Source: Eubacteriales bacterium
GTDB lineage: Bacteria; Bacillota; Clostridia; Oscillospirales; CAG-272
DNA length: 64,000 bases
Direction: 5' to 3'
Assembly (NCBI GenBank): GCA_045651985.1
Contig: JAZRTK010000010.1
Span: 19,857-83,856 of the forward strand
The notes beneath the pieces were generated by a model. That model saw nothing but the letters and a program-made list of their open reading frames with translations. It had not been told where the DNA came from and ran no database searches. Numbering within the stretch: position 1 is the stretch's first letter; each line of letters begins with the position of its first letter. The translations under genes were made by a program, and so were the position numbers. This document shows, piece by piece, positions 9,537-17,926 of this stretch.

Positions 9537-12050
9537 ATGAATTTATCCTTTTCAACAAGAGGCTGGCAGGGCTTCAGCTTTGAAGAAAACATAGAGACCG
9601 CGACCCTCATGGGCTTTGGCGGAATTGAAATATATAACGTACAGAAAAGCCCCGAGCTTACCGACCGCGGCGGAGCGTTCCATAAGTATAACACGGCGGC
9701 GACCGTAAGACTTTTGCGCGAGAAAAAGCTCCGTATTCCTTGCTTTGACTCCTCCTGCGATATATCCATAAACGGTTGTATTGACGAAGCAAGAGCACTC
9801 ATGAGTATTGCCCGCGACGCTCAGACCGAGCAGGTGTCGGTGGTTGCGCTGTCCGATAATTTTGATAACATTTACAAAAATCTTGAAACGCTTCTTTCCG
9901 ACGCGGAAAAGCTCAAGATAACCATTCTGGTAAAGACCAGCGGAGTTTTCTCGGACACGGCAAGGTTGCGCGAGCTTCTTGACCGCTTTGCAAGCGATAA
10001 TCTGGCGGCACTTTGGGACCCCACCCATACCTATTTTGACAATAACGAGACCGCCGATACCACCATTAAAAATTTGGGCGCGTACGTGCGCCACGTGCAC
10101 CTGCGCGACTCGCAGGACGGAAAAAATTACACCCTCATCGGCGAGGGGACTCTGCCTACGGCCGAGGTTATGCAGGCACTTGGCTCGGTAGACTATGACG
10201 GATTTATCTCTGCCGAGTGGAAGCCCCAATGGATGGAAGATATTGACGACAGGGAGATAATTTTCCCCTATTTTGTCAACTACATGAACCGCTTCGATTC
10301 CCCTCGCGGAAAGAAAAAGACGCTTTATGACAACAAGACCCACACAGGCCAGTTCGTCTGGAAAAAGGACGAACTTATCACCGAGACCTTCCCACAGGTG
10401 CTTGATCGCATGGTTGAGGAATTCCCCGACCAGTACGCCTTCAAATACACGACACTTGACTATACCAGAACCTACAGCGAGTTCCGCGATGACGTTGACA
10501 ATTTTGCCCGCGCGCTGGTTTCTCTGGGCGTAAAGCGCGGAAGTAAGGTGGCGATTTGGGCTACAAACGTGCCCGCATGGTATATAACGTTCTGGGCGAC
10601 CACAAAGATCGGTGCGGTGTTGGTTACCGTGAACACGGCGTATAAAATTCACGAGGCAGAGTACCTGCTTCGTCAGTCGGATACTCATACTCTTGTAATG
10701 ATCGAAAACTGCCTTGATTCCGACTATCGCGGCATCATAAACGAGCTTTGCCCCGAACTTAAAGACACGAAGCCCGGTCAGCCTCTTCATTGCAGAAAGC
10801 TGCCTTTCCTGCGTAACGTAATTACCGTTGGATATAAGGAAAAGGGCTGCCTTGAATTCAATGAAGCTATGGACCGAGCGGACATGGTTCCCCTTGAGCA
10901 GGTGAACCGCATGGCATCTCAGGTACGCTCGGACGACGTGTGCAATATGCAGTACACGTCTGGAACGACCGGCTTTCCCAAGGGCGTAATGCTAACCCAC
11001 TATAACGTAGTAAACAACGGCAAATGTATCGGCGACCGCATGGACCTTTCCACAGCCGACCGCATGATGATACAGGTGCCTATGTTCCATTGCTTTGGAA
11101 TGGTGCTCTCCATGACCTCGTCTATGACACACGGTGCTACCATGTGCCCAATGCCTTATTTCTCGGCAAAGGTTTCCTTGGCTTGCATAAATCAGGAGAG
11201 GATCACCTGCTTTAACGGTGTTCCCACCATGTTTATCGCCATGTTCAACCACCCCGACTACAAGAACACCGATTTCTCACACATGAGAACGGGAATCATG
11301 GCAGGCTCGGGCTGCCCGCCTGAACTTATGAAGCGTGCGGCGCAGGACGATGAGATGCACATGACCGATATCGTCAGCGTTTACGGTCAGACCGAGTCTT
11401 CGCCTGGAAGTACCATGAGTGCCTGCGGTGACAGCCTTGAGCTTCGCACCGAGACCGTCGGCTACGCCTTCCCCCACGTTGAATGTAAGATAATCGATCC
11501 CGAAACGGGCGAGGAAGTGGGAGCGGGTGTCAACGGCGAGTTCTGCTCACGCGGTTACAATACGATGAAGGGCTATTATAAGATGCCACAGTCGACAGCG
11601 ACGACAATTGACAGCGAGGGCTGGCTCCATTCGGGCGACCTTGCCATGCGCGACGAGGACGGAAACTACCGTATCACGGGACGCTTAAAGGACATGATAA
11701 TACGCGGCGGCGAGAATATCTACCCCAAGGAAATAGAGGAATTTATCTATACCCATAAAGCTGTCCGCGACGTTCAGGTCATCGGCGTGCCCGACAAGAA
11801 GTACGGCGAGGAGGCAATGGCTTGTATTATCCTCAAGGATGGCGAGAGTTGCACCGTCGAGGAGATGAACGAGTATATCAAGAGCCACATGGCGCGCCAT
11901 AAAGTGCCCAAATATATTGAATTCGTTGACTCCTTCCCCATGAACGCGGCAGGAAAGATACAGAAATATAAGATGCGTGAGGCTGCCATCGAAAGATTGG
12001 GTCTTGCTAACGCGGCAGGCATCGACACTGCAAAAAATAATAATATTTAG
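9537..12050 (+). CDS. fusion protein: N-terminal sugar-phosphate isomerase/epimerase (xylose-isomerase-like TIM barrel) plus C-terminal AMP-forming acyl-CoA ligase
   Basis: 837 aa. Residues ~1-265 resemble AP_endonuc_2/XI-like barrels (GFGGIEIY...VRHVHLRDS...GFISAEW). Residues ~285-837 carry the AMP-binding motifs MQYTSGTTGFPKGVMLTH, YGQTE, GWLHSGDLA and GKIQKYK. The start lies 15 nt after the leuA-like stop. Confidence 0.8.
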   Translation: MNLSFSTRGWQGFSFEENIETATLMGFGGIEIYNVQKSPELTDRGGAFHKYNTAATVRLLREKKLRIPCFDSSCDISINGCIDEARALMSIARDAQTEQVSVVALSDNFDNIYKNLETLLSDAEKLKITILVKTSGVFSDTARLRELLDRFASDNLAALWDPTHTYFDNNETADTTIKNLGAYVRHVHLRDSQDGKNYTLIGEGTLPTAEVMQALGSVDYDGFISAEWKPQWMEDIDDREIIFPYFVNYMNRFDSPRGKKKTLYDNKTHTGQFVWKKDELITETFPQVLDRMVEEFPDQYAFKYTTLDYTRTYSEFRDDVDNFARALVSLGVKRGSKVAIWATNVPAWYITFWATTKIGAVLVTVNTAYKIHEAEYLLRQSDTHTLVMIENCLDSDYRGIINELCPELKDTKPGQPLHCRKLPFLRNVITVGYKEKGCLEFNEAMDRADMVPLEQVNRMASQVRSDDVCNMQYTSGTTGFPKGVMLTHYNVVNNGKCIGDRMDLSTADRMMIQVPMFHCFGMVLSMTSSMTHGATMCPMPYFSAKVSLACINQERITCFNGVPTMFIAMFNHPDYKNTDFSHMRTGIMAGSGCPPELMKRAAQDDEMHMTDIVSVYGQTESSPGSTMSACGDSLELRTETVGYAFPHVECKIIDPETGEEVGAGVNGEFCSRGYNTMKGYYKMPQSTATTIDSEGWLHSGDLAMRDEDGNYRITGRLKDMIIRGGENIYPKEIEEFIYTHKAVRDVQVIGVPDKKYGEEAMACIILKDGESCTVEEMNEYIKSHMARHKVPKYIEFVDSFPMNAAGKIQKYKMREAAIERLGLANAAGIDTAKNNNI

Positions 12051-12055
12051 TTTTA

Positions 12056-12086
12056 AGATCCCCGACCGACCCGTCGGGGATCTTTT
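12056..12086 (+). terminator. rho-independent terminator of the leuA-like/ligase operon
   Basis: An 11-bp stem AGATCCCCGAC/GTCGGGGATCT with a 6-nt loop, followed by TTTT. Confidence 0.8.
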
Positions 12087-12158
12087 CATTGTTTGTCTCC
12101 TTTGCGGTCATTGCTTTAATTATATTTGATGATCTTTGAGAAGTCGATAAAATATCTA

Positions 12159-12186
12159 TTGATTTTGTGAAAAAAACAGGTATAAT
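12159..12186 (+). promoter_or_regulatory. putative pepT promoter
   Basis: TTGATT, a 16-nt spacer, then TATAAT (12181-12186). Confidence 0.45.
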
Positions 12187-12216
12187 ATAAGTAACTTACC
12201 CGAAAGGACGGTTTTT

Positions 12217-13449
12217 ATGGAAAACGTAAAAGAAAGATTTTTAAGATATATAAAAATCGACACACAGTCGGAGGAGGGCATTGACCGCTTCCCGAGTACC
12301 GAAAAACAGCTTGACCTTGCAAGACTTCTAAAAAAAGAGCTTTCTGAAATGGGTGCGTCCGACGTTACCCTGGACGAAAACGGCTATCTTTTTGCCACAA
12401 TCCCGGCAACGAGCGACAAAAAGGTACCTACCGTGGGCTTTATTTCCCACATGGACACAGCGCCCGCGTATTCGGGTAAAGGAGTAAGCCCCAAATTCGC
12501 CCCCGATTACAACGGCGGTGAGCTTGTTCTTGACGAAGAAAAGGGGATTACCATGTCTCCCGCCACATTTCCGTCGCTTTTGCACTATGAAGGAAAAGAA
12601 CTGATCTATACAGACGGAAGTACACTTCTCGGTGCTGACGACAAGGCGGGTGTCGCGGAGATCATGACCTTTGCCGAGTACCTGCTGACCCATTCCGAAA
12701 TTGAGCACGGCGAGATAAATATAGGGTTTACTCCCGACGAGGAGGTGGGACGCGGCGCGGATTTCTTTGACGTCGCGCGTTTTGGTGCCGACGTGGCTTA
12801 CACGGTTGACGGCGGTGAGCTGGGCGAGATCGAATACGAGAATTTCAACGCCGCCGCAGGACTTGTGACCGTCCACGGCGCATCAATACACCCCGGCTCT
12901 GCCAAGGGCAAGATGAAGAACGCGATCCTCATCGGTGCGGAATTTGAGTCGCTCTTGCCCGCCTTCGACAAGCCTATGTACACCGAGGGCTACGAGGGAT
13001 TTTTCCACCTTGACAAAATAGAGGGCGACGTGGAAAACTGTCGCATGGAATACATTATCCGCGACCACGACGCAAAGAAATTTGACGAAAAATGCAGACT
13101 TTTTGCGCGTGCGGGCGCGTGGCTGAATGAAAAGTACGGCGAAGGCACACTTGAGATGACCGTCACCGAAAGCTACCGCAATATGCGCGAAATGGTCGAG
13201 CCTCATATGTATCTCATCGACATAGCGAAGAAGGCTATGTTAAATTGCGGTGCCGAGCCCAAGATCGTAGCTATCCGCGGGGGGACCGACGGTGCGAGAC
13301 TTTCGTATATGGGTCTGCCTTGCCCCAATCTTTCAACGGGTGGCGAGAACTTCCACGGAAAGTACGAGTTTATCTGTACACAGTCCATGGAGACAATGGT
13401 TGACGTTCTTGTTGATATTGCAAAGCAGTTCGTTGAAATTAAAAAATAA
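12217..13449 (+). CDS. pepT: peptidase T (tripeptide aminopeptidase, M20B)
   Basis: 410 aa. MENVKERFLRYIKIDTQS...GFISHMDT...LGADDKAGVAEIM...FTPDEEVG... Confidence 0.9.
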   Translation: MENVKERFLRYIKIDTQSEEGIDRFPSTEKQLDLARLLKKELSEMGASDVTLDENGYLFATIPATSDKKVPTVGFISHMDTAPAYSGKGVSPKFAPDYNGGELVLDEEKGITMSPATFPSLLHYEGKELIYTDGSTLLGADDKAGVAEIMTFAEYLLTHSEIEHGEINIGFTPDEEVGRGADFFDVARFGADVAYTVDGGELGEIEYENFNAAAGLVTVHGASIHPGSAKGKMKNAILIGAEFESLLPAFDKPMYTEGYEGFFHLDKIEGDVENCRMEYIIRDHDAKKFDEKCRLFARAGAWLNEKYGEGTLEMTVTESYRNMREMVEPHMYLIDIAKKAMLNCGAEPKIVAIRGGTDGARLSYMGLPCPNLSTGGENFHGKYEFICTQSMETMVDVLVDIAKQFVEIKK

Positions 13450-13559
13450 GTGAGTGAAAAAAACAAAATTGCATTTTCTCCCTGAACTTCTGTCATCTTT
13501 AACAGCCAAACGGGCGAAAAGGTGCTTTGAGGCAGAAAATATCGTCAAAAAACAGCAAA

Positions 13560-13592
13560 ATCTCCGTCTTTATTCAAAAGACGGAGATTTTT
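13560..13592 (+). terminator. rho-independent terminator ~110 nt downstream of pepT
   Basis: An 11-bp stem ATCTCCGTCTT/AAGACGGAGAT followed by TTTT. Confidence 0.75.
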
Positions 13593-13948
13593 ATTAACCT
13601 TTATTCCGCTATTTCTAAAAAAAGTCCATAAAATTTTTAGAAATTCGCGATTTGCCTTATTTTTGGTGCTTATAATTTCTATAATGTGTTTATAAATTAA
13701 CTTTTGGTGTTATGAATATGCATGAATAAAAATATTTATTTTTCATATGTGGAATTGTATGGTGGGGGATAAAATGTCGAATCTTGGTCAAAACTGTGGT
13801 AAATGTCAAAAAAACCTACAATTTTTCCCCTGTTTTTTCTGTTTTCGTGGGATTGTTTAAATATTCACAAAGATTGTATGAATCTCGGCTATTGCAGGCT
13901 GTGTTATAATATATGTAGCGGACACTTCATTTTTGAAAGGACGGAATT

Positions 13949-14215
13949 ATGGATTCGGAAAACGAAATGATCCTCGCCCGAAAGGAAAAGTCGCTTTTGG
14001 GCGAGGATATAAGATACATTTTATCTGTGCGGGACGGCACAAGTGTGATTTTTTATGTGACGGTTGAATACCGAAAGGATAGGGAAACGCTCCCTCTCGG
14101 TACCTCCTTTGATGAGGCGACGGAAATATTCTGCGCACTTTCAAAAGGCACCGTTACACCTTGCACCATGGCTGACGTGGTAGCCGACCTGCAATTTTTA
14201 CGCGCGATGCGTTGA
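13949..14215 (+). CDS. hypothetical small protein (88 aa)
   Basis: SD AAAGGACGG precedes the ATG, and a strong terminator follows directly. An extended -10 TGTTATAAT lies ~45 nt upstream. I recognise no family. Confidence 0.5.
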   Translation: MDSENEMILARKEKSLLGEDIRYILSVRDGTSVIFYVTVEYRKDRETLPLGTSFDEATEIFCALSKGTVTPCTMADVVADLQFLRAMR

Positions 14216-14234
14216 AAAAACTTTATTCGTAATT

Positions 14235-14281
14235 AAAAATCACCGAGGCGAGCCTGTGGAAGCTCGCCTCGGTGATTTTTG
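14235..14281 (+). terminator. rho-independent terminator
   Basis: A 19-bp stem AAAAATCACCGAGGCGAGC/GCTCGCCTCGGTGATTTTT. Confidence 0.85.
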
Positions 14282-14507
14282 TAAAGTCGTACCATGAAAA
14301 GATTCTTTTTACAAGGTTTTTTCGAGTAAAATGCGAGATCGGGGAGCAAAATATATTAACAGACTGTAAATATTCGAAAAAAGGCGTTTTTTAGCGAAAA
14401 TATTTGTCAAATTTCCTTGAAATATCGTTTAGATAATGATAAAATGAGTAGGATAAATAAATTTACGGCATTTTTTGTCGGTTTAATATAGATAGATTTG
14501 GTGAATA

Positions 14508-15791
14508 ATGTATCAGTACAACAACCACAATCAGCGCAGATCGGGGTTGCGTCTCGATGCGCACAAGAGAAGAAAAAAAAGACAACAACGCAAGAAGATC
14601 ATAATAATTGCTTTGATATCGGCGATCTTACTCGCCGTTTTTGCCATGCTTTCGGCAAATGGCGTCATAAACGTTCGCTCTGTGTTCGGAAAAGACGATG
14701 ATTTTAAACCTCCGTTTTACTCTGATTCTGATACGGAAAAGACCCCCGACATTCCGAAAGTGACCGACACGGACAGTGAAATTATTGATACAACGGAGAC
14801 AGAGAAGACACCTACGCAGACAACTGAAACAACTCCTCCACCTGTTACACAGCCTCCCGAAACGACACCTCAGGTGACCGAGCCGTCAACGAGCGAGCCT
14901 GACACAAGTCAGCCCGATACAACCGAAACGCTGCCTCCCGATACGGAGACAGCCGACACCTCAACGGGCGAGGATTCCCGATCTGACAGCTCGAGCGATT
15001 CGTCGTCCGATCCTTCTTCGGACAGTTCATTCGATAGCTCGACAGACTCATCCTCGGACGAGCTGTCTTTTGATTCCGAGAGCGGTGACGACGAGCTTTT
15101 AAGTCCGCCCGAAAATCGCTTTGAGTGGCCTTGCGTGCTGGGAGAGACCGAGCCTGCGGGTGACGATTATTTTGCTGATACCCTGTTTATCGGGGACTCC
15201 CGAATGCAGGGCGTCGAGCTTGCTTGCGCAAAGGACTCGTCTGCGACTTTCTATACCGCTGTTTCGGTGACCGCCTCTCAGATCGCGTCCCGTAAGGGCG
15301 TAAAAATGCTCGTGAACGGAGTTACTAAAACCGTTTCGATCATGGACGCCATAAGAATAGACGGCCGCCGGTTCAAGAGGATCTATATGATGTTCGGAAT
15401 AAACGAGCTCGGCTCCGGCGGAGGAACTCCCGCTATCATCAAAGGGTATAGATCGGCGGTGGAAAGGGTCAGAGAGCTCCAGCCCGAAGCTGAGATATGT
15501 ATTATCGGAGTAATGCCCGTGTTCAATTCACGCGGGTACGTTTCGGGTTATACAGGCTACGAGGCAAATCCCAGAATCCTTGATCTGAATATTGCTCTGA
15601 TCGAAATGGCAAACGAACTGAAGCTTCATTACCTTGACACCTATCATCTGTTTGCAACGGAGGATGGTCAGTTGAACAGCGAAGTATCAAAGGACGGTCT
15701 CCATTTGCTTGGAACGTACAGCAAGCAGCTAATGGAATACGTCAAGAACCATGCGATTTTAAAAAAACTTTCTGAAGGGGAAAAAAAGTGA
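14508..15791 (+). CDS. membrane-anchored SGNH/GDSL-family hydrolase with an acidic T/P/S/D-rich linker
   Basis: 427 aa. A basic N-terminus and one TM segment (IIIIALISAILLAVFAML) come first, then ~170 aa of low complexity. SGNH blocks follow: FIGDSR, MFGINE and DGLHL. Confidence 0.7.
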   Translation: MYQYNNHNQRRSGLRLDAHKRRKKRQQRKKIIIIALISAILLAVFAMLSANGVINVRSVFGKDDDFKPPFYSDSDTEKTPDIPKVTDTDSEIIDTTETEKTPTQTTETTPPPVTQPPETTPQVTEPSTSEPDTSQPDTTETLPPDTETADTSTGEDSRSDSSSDSSSDPSSDSSFDSSTDSSSDELSFDSESGDDELLSPPENRFEWPCVLGETEPAGDDYFADTLFIGDSRMQGVELACAKDSSATFYTAVSVTASQIASRKGVKMLVNGVTKTVSIMDAIRIDGRRFKRIYMMFGINELGSGGGTPAIIKGYRSAVERVRELQPEAEICIIGVMPVFNSRGYVSGYTGYEANPRILDLNIALIEMANELKLHYLDTYHLFATEDGQLNSEVSKDGLHLLGTYSKQLMEYVKNHAILKKLSEGEKK

Positions 15792-16321
15792 AAAGACTTT
15801 TTGTAATATTGCTTATACTTGCACTTGGCGTTGCCGCATTTTCCTGTGGTCCCAAGGATATACCCGAAGACACGGGAGAAGTTACGGATACGGCACAGCA
15901 GACCGAAAAGAAGGAAACGCCTTTTGAGCTTCCCGACCTGAAGGTTGCTACAGAATATATGGTAAACGGTCTTGAAATGACCGACATGACCGAGCTTGAC
16001 TCTGACAGCATTATGCTCAGATACGGTATTATTGATAAGTACTCGGACGTATTTGCCATAGTTTCCGCGTCTATTGCGTCTGACGAGTGCGTGATCTTCA
16101 AGGCGAACGACGATGCTGCTGCAAAGGAGATGATCCGGTTGCTCAAGACCTATCGCGACGAGCGTATCGAGCTTTACGAGGGCTATGCCCCCGAGGAAGC
16201 GCCCAGACTTGAGTCTGCTTATATCGGCGAGAAGAACGGCTACGTTATTTTCGCCGCAACCCTTGACAGCGCAAAAGCTCAATCCCTTTTCCTTGGTCTT
16301 CCCGAAGCTTTGGAGGGCTGA
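15788..16321 (+). CDS. lipoprotein, DUF4358-like
   Basis: 177 aa with a signal peptide and lipobox (LALGVAAFSCG). It overlaps the upstream gene by 4 nt. The body resembles clostridial DUF4358 proteins, judged from memory only. Confidence 0.55.
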   Translation: MKRLFVILLILALGVAAFSCGPKDIPEDTGEVTDTAQQTEKKETPFELPDLKVATEYMVNGLEMTDMTELDSDSIMLRYGIIDKYSDVFAIVSASIASDECVIFKANDDAAAKEMIRLLKTYRDERIELYEGYAPEEAPRLESAYIGEKNGYVIFAATLDSAKAQSLFLGLPEALEG

Positions 16322-16322
16322 C

Positions 16323-16529
16323 ATGGAAAAGAGTAAGATAGACAGAATAAACTTTCTCGCCCGTAAGTCAAAGAACGAGCCATTAAGCGTTGCGGAGCTT
16401 GCGGAGCAAGCGGACCTGCGACGCGAATATCTGGCAGAGTTCCGCGCGTCCTTTGGAGCGCAGCTTGAAAACACGGTGATCGAACGTCCCGACGGCACGA
16501 GAGAAAAGTTGCCAAACAAAAAACAATAA
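16323..16529 (+). CDS. DUF896/UPF0291 family small protein
   Basis: 68 aa from ATG 16323 (MEKSKIDRINFLARKSKNEPLSVAELAEQADLRREYL). The track start at 16185 overlaps the previous gene and was rejected. Confidence 0.7.
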   Translation: MEKSKIDRINFLARKSKNEPLSVAELAEQADLRREYLAEFRASFGAQLENTVIERPDGTREKLPNKKQ

Positions 16530-16531
16530 AG

Positions 16532-16558
16532 AAGAGGGAAGACATTCCCTCTTTTTTT
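16532..16558 (+). terminator. rho-independent terminator
   Basis: Stem AAGAGGGAA/TTCCCTCTT followed by TTTTTT. Confidence 0.8.
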
Positions 16559-16569
16559 GATCTCCCCTC

Positions 16570-16598
16570 TTGACAAGTGGATATTCTCGTGATATCAT
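16570..16598 (+). promoter_or_regulatory. promoter of the SPFH-RHH operon
   Basis: TTGACA (16570-16575), a 17-nt spacer, then TATCAT (16593-16598). Confidence 0.55.
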
Positions 16599-16608
16599 TA
16601 TGATATCA
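16590..16608 (+). promoter_or_regulatory. candidate operator: two copies of the palindromic octamer TGATATCA separated by TTA, overlapping the -10
   Basis: TGATATCA-TTA-TGATATCA is read directly from the sequence. Each octamer is its own reverse complement. Confidence 0.35.
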
Positions 16609-16668
16609 GGTGCGAATCCAAGTGTTTCCTGAACTTATTTAGCCCGACAGGGCAGAACGGAGTCAATT

Positions 16669-17688
16669 ATGAAAGAAAAGATTTTGTCGGTGAAGAAAAA
16701 CGGCTTTGGTATGCTGGTCCTTTGGGGTCTTATTTACATCGCATCTATTGCCGCCGTGGCATTTGGCGGCATGCAGATGGATGTAGAAAACTACACACTC
16801 GGTATTCCGCTTTTTGCGGTGGGCATCGTGTGGGTGTGCATTGGCTGGATCCCCTTCCTCGGTCTTAAGGTCCTCAACCCTCAGGAAGCGCTGGTCCTGA
16901 CACTTTTCGGTAAATACATAGGAACGCTCAAGGATGCGGGATTTTATTGGGTAAACCCTTTCTGCGTGGCGGTAAACCCCGCGGCAAAGACCAAGCTCAA
17001 TCAGAGCGGTGACGTAAAATCTGCCCCCGTGACCATTGGTGCAAACGGCACCAATATTGCAGTTGAGCAGGTGAACAAAAAGCTGTCCTTGAAGCTCATG
17101 ACATTAAACAACAACCGTCAGAAGATAAACGACTGTCTCGGCAATCCCATCGAGATCGCTATTGCTGTGACCTGGAGAGTGGTCGATACCGCGAAGGCGG
17201 TGTTTAACGTAGACAATTATAAGGAATATCTGTCGCTCCAGTGCGACGGTGCACTTAGAAATATCGTTCGTATCTATCCCTACGACGTAGCCCCCGACGT
17301 TGATACCACGGGCGATGGAATCGCCGACGAGGGAAGTCTTAGAGGCTCCAGCGAGGTTGTGGCCGAGCGCATTAAGGAAGAGATCCAGAGAAAGGTCGAG
17401 GAAGCGGGTATTGAGATAGTCGAGGCGAGAATCACTTACCTTGCTTACGCAACGGAAATTGCGGCAGTAATGCTTCAGCGCCAGCAGGCGTCCGCCATAA
17501 TCGACGCGAGAAAGATGATAGTTGACGGTGCGGTAGGCATGGTCGAAATGGCACTTGAGCGCCTTGAAGAAGGCGGAAAGGTGACGCTTGACGACGAAAG
17601 AAAGGCGGCAATGGTGTCAAATCTTCTGGTCGTTCTTTGCGGCAACAACGACGCCCAGCCTATCGTGAACACGGGTAGCCTTTACTGA
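16669..17688 (+). CDS. SPFH/Band-7 (stomatin/prohibitin-like) domain membrane protein
   Basis: 339 aa. Two N-terminal TM segments are followed by [33 protein letters not shown] and a coiled C-terminal region ([21 protein letters not shown]). Confidence 0.8.
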   Translation: MKEKILSVKKNGFGMLVLWGLIYIASIAAVAFGGMQMDVENYTLGIPLFAVGIVWVCIGWIPFLGLKVLNPQEALVLTLFGKYIGTLKDAGFYWVNPFCVAVNPAAKTKLNQSGDVKSAPVTIGANGTNIAVEQVNKKLSLKLMTLNNNRQKINDCLGNPIEIAIAVTWRVVDTAKAVFNVDNYKEYLSLQCDGALRNIVRIYPYDVAPDVDTTGDGIADEGSLRGSSEVVAERIKEEIQRKVEEAGIEIVEARITYLAYATEIAAVMLQRQQASAIIDARKMIVDGAVGMVEMALERLEEGGKVTLDDERKAAMVSNLLVVLCGNNDAQPIVNTGSLY

Positions 17689-17888
17689 TGAGCGATAATT
17701 CCAAGAAACAGCTTCCGCTTCGCTTGTCAGCCGAACTTTACAACGCCCTTGCCGCATGGGCGGAGGATGATTTTCGTTCTGTGAACGGGCAGATAGAATA
17801 TCTGCTCACTCTTTGCTTAAAGCAGAGAAAAAAGGACGGCAAATACGTGTCCGAGGAGCAAGATAAGCATCCGGAGTTTGATGTTTAA
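17688..17888 (+). CDS. Arc/MetJ-type ribbon-helix-helix DNA-binding protein
   Basis: 66 aa. [35 protein letters not shown] fits a beta-strand followed by two helices. The start overlaps the SPFH stop (TGATG). Confidence 0.6.
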   Translation: MSDNSKKQLPLRLSAELYNALAAWAEDDFRSVNGQIEYLLTLCLKQRKKDGKYVSEEQDKHPEFDV

Positions 17889-17891
17889 AAA

Positions 17892-17926
17892 AATAACAGC
17901 AGGCAATTGCCTGCTGTTATTTTTTG
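17892..17926. terminator. bidirectional terminator between the RHH gene and uxaC
   Basis: A perfect palindrome AATAACAGCAGGCAA|TTGCCTGCTGTTATT, with an A-run on one side and a T-run on the other. Confidence 0.85.

Noticed and set aside
9552-10790. 412-aa ORF on the minus strand
   Set aside because: It lies antisense to the well-supported TIM-barrel/acyl-CoA-ligase CDS. The composition is Arg/Gly/Val-rich shadow-frame, with no SD and no recognisable motif.
14960-15070. Short reiterated DNA units, considered as a CRISPR or other repeat array
   Set aside because: They lie inside an open reading frame encoding a Ser/Asp-rich linker. The units are imperfect 9-12-nt codon repeats without spacers, so this is not CRISPR.
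15668-16576. 302-aa ORF on the minus strand
   Set aside because: It is antisense to three tightly packed plus-strand genes (SGNH, DUF4358, DUF896) that have SDs, signal peptides and family motifs.
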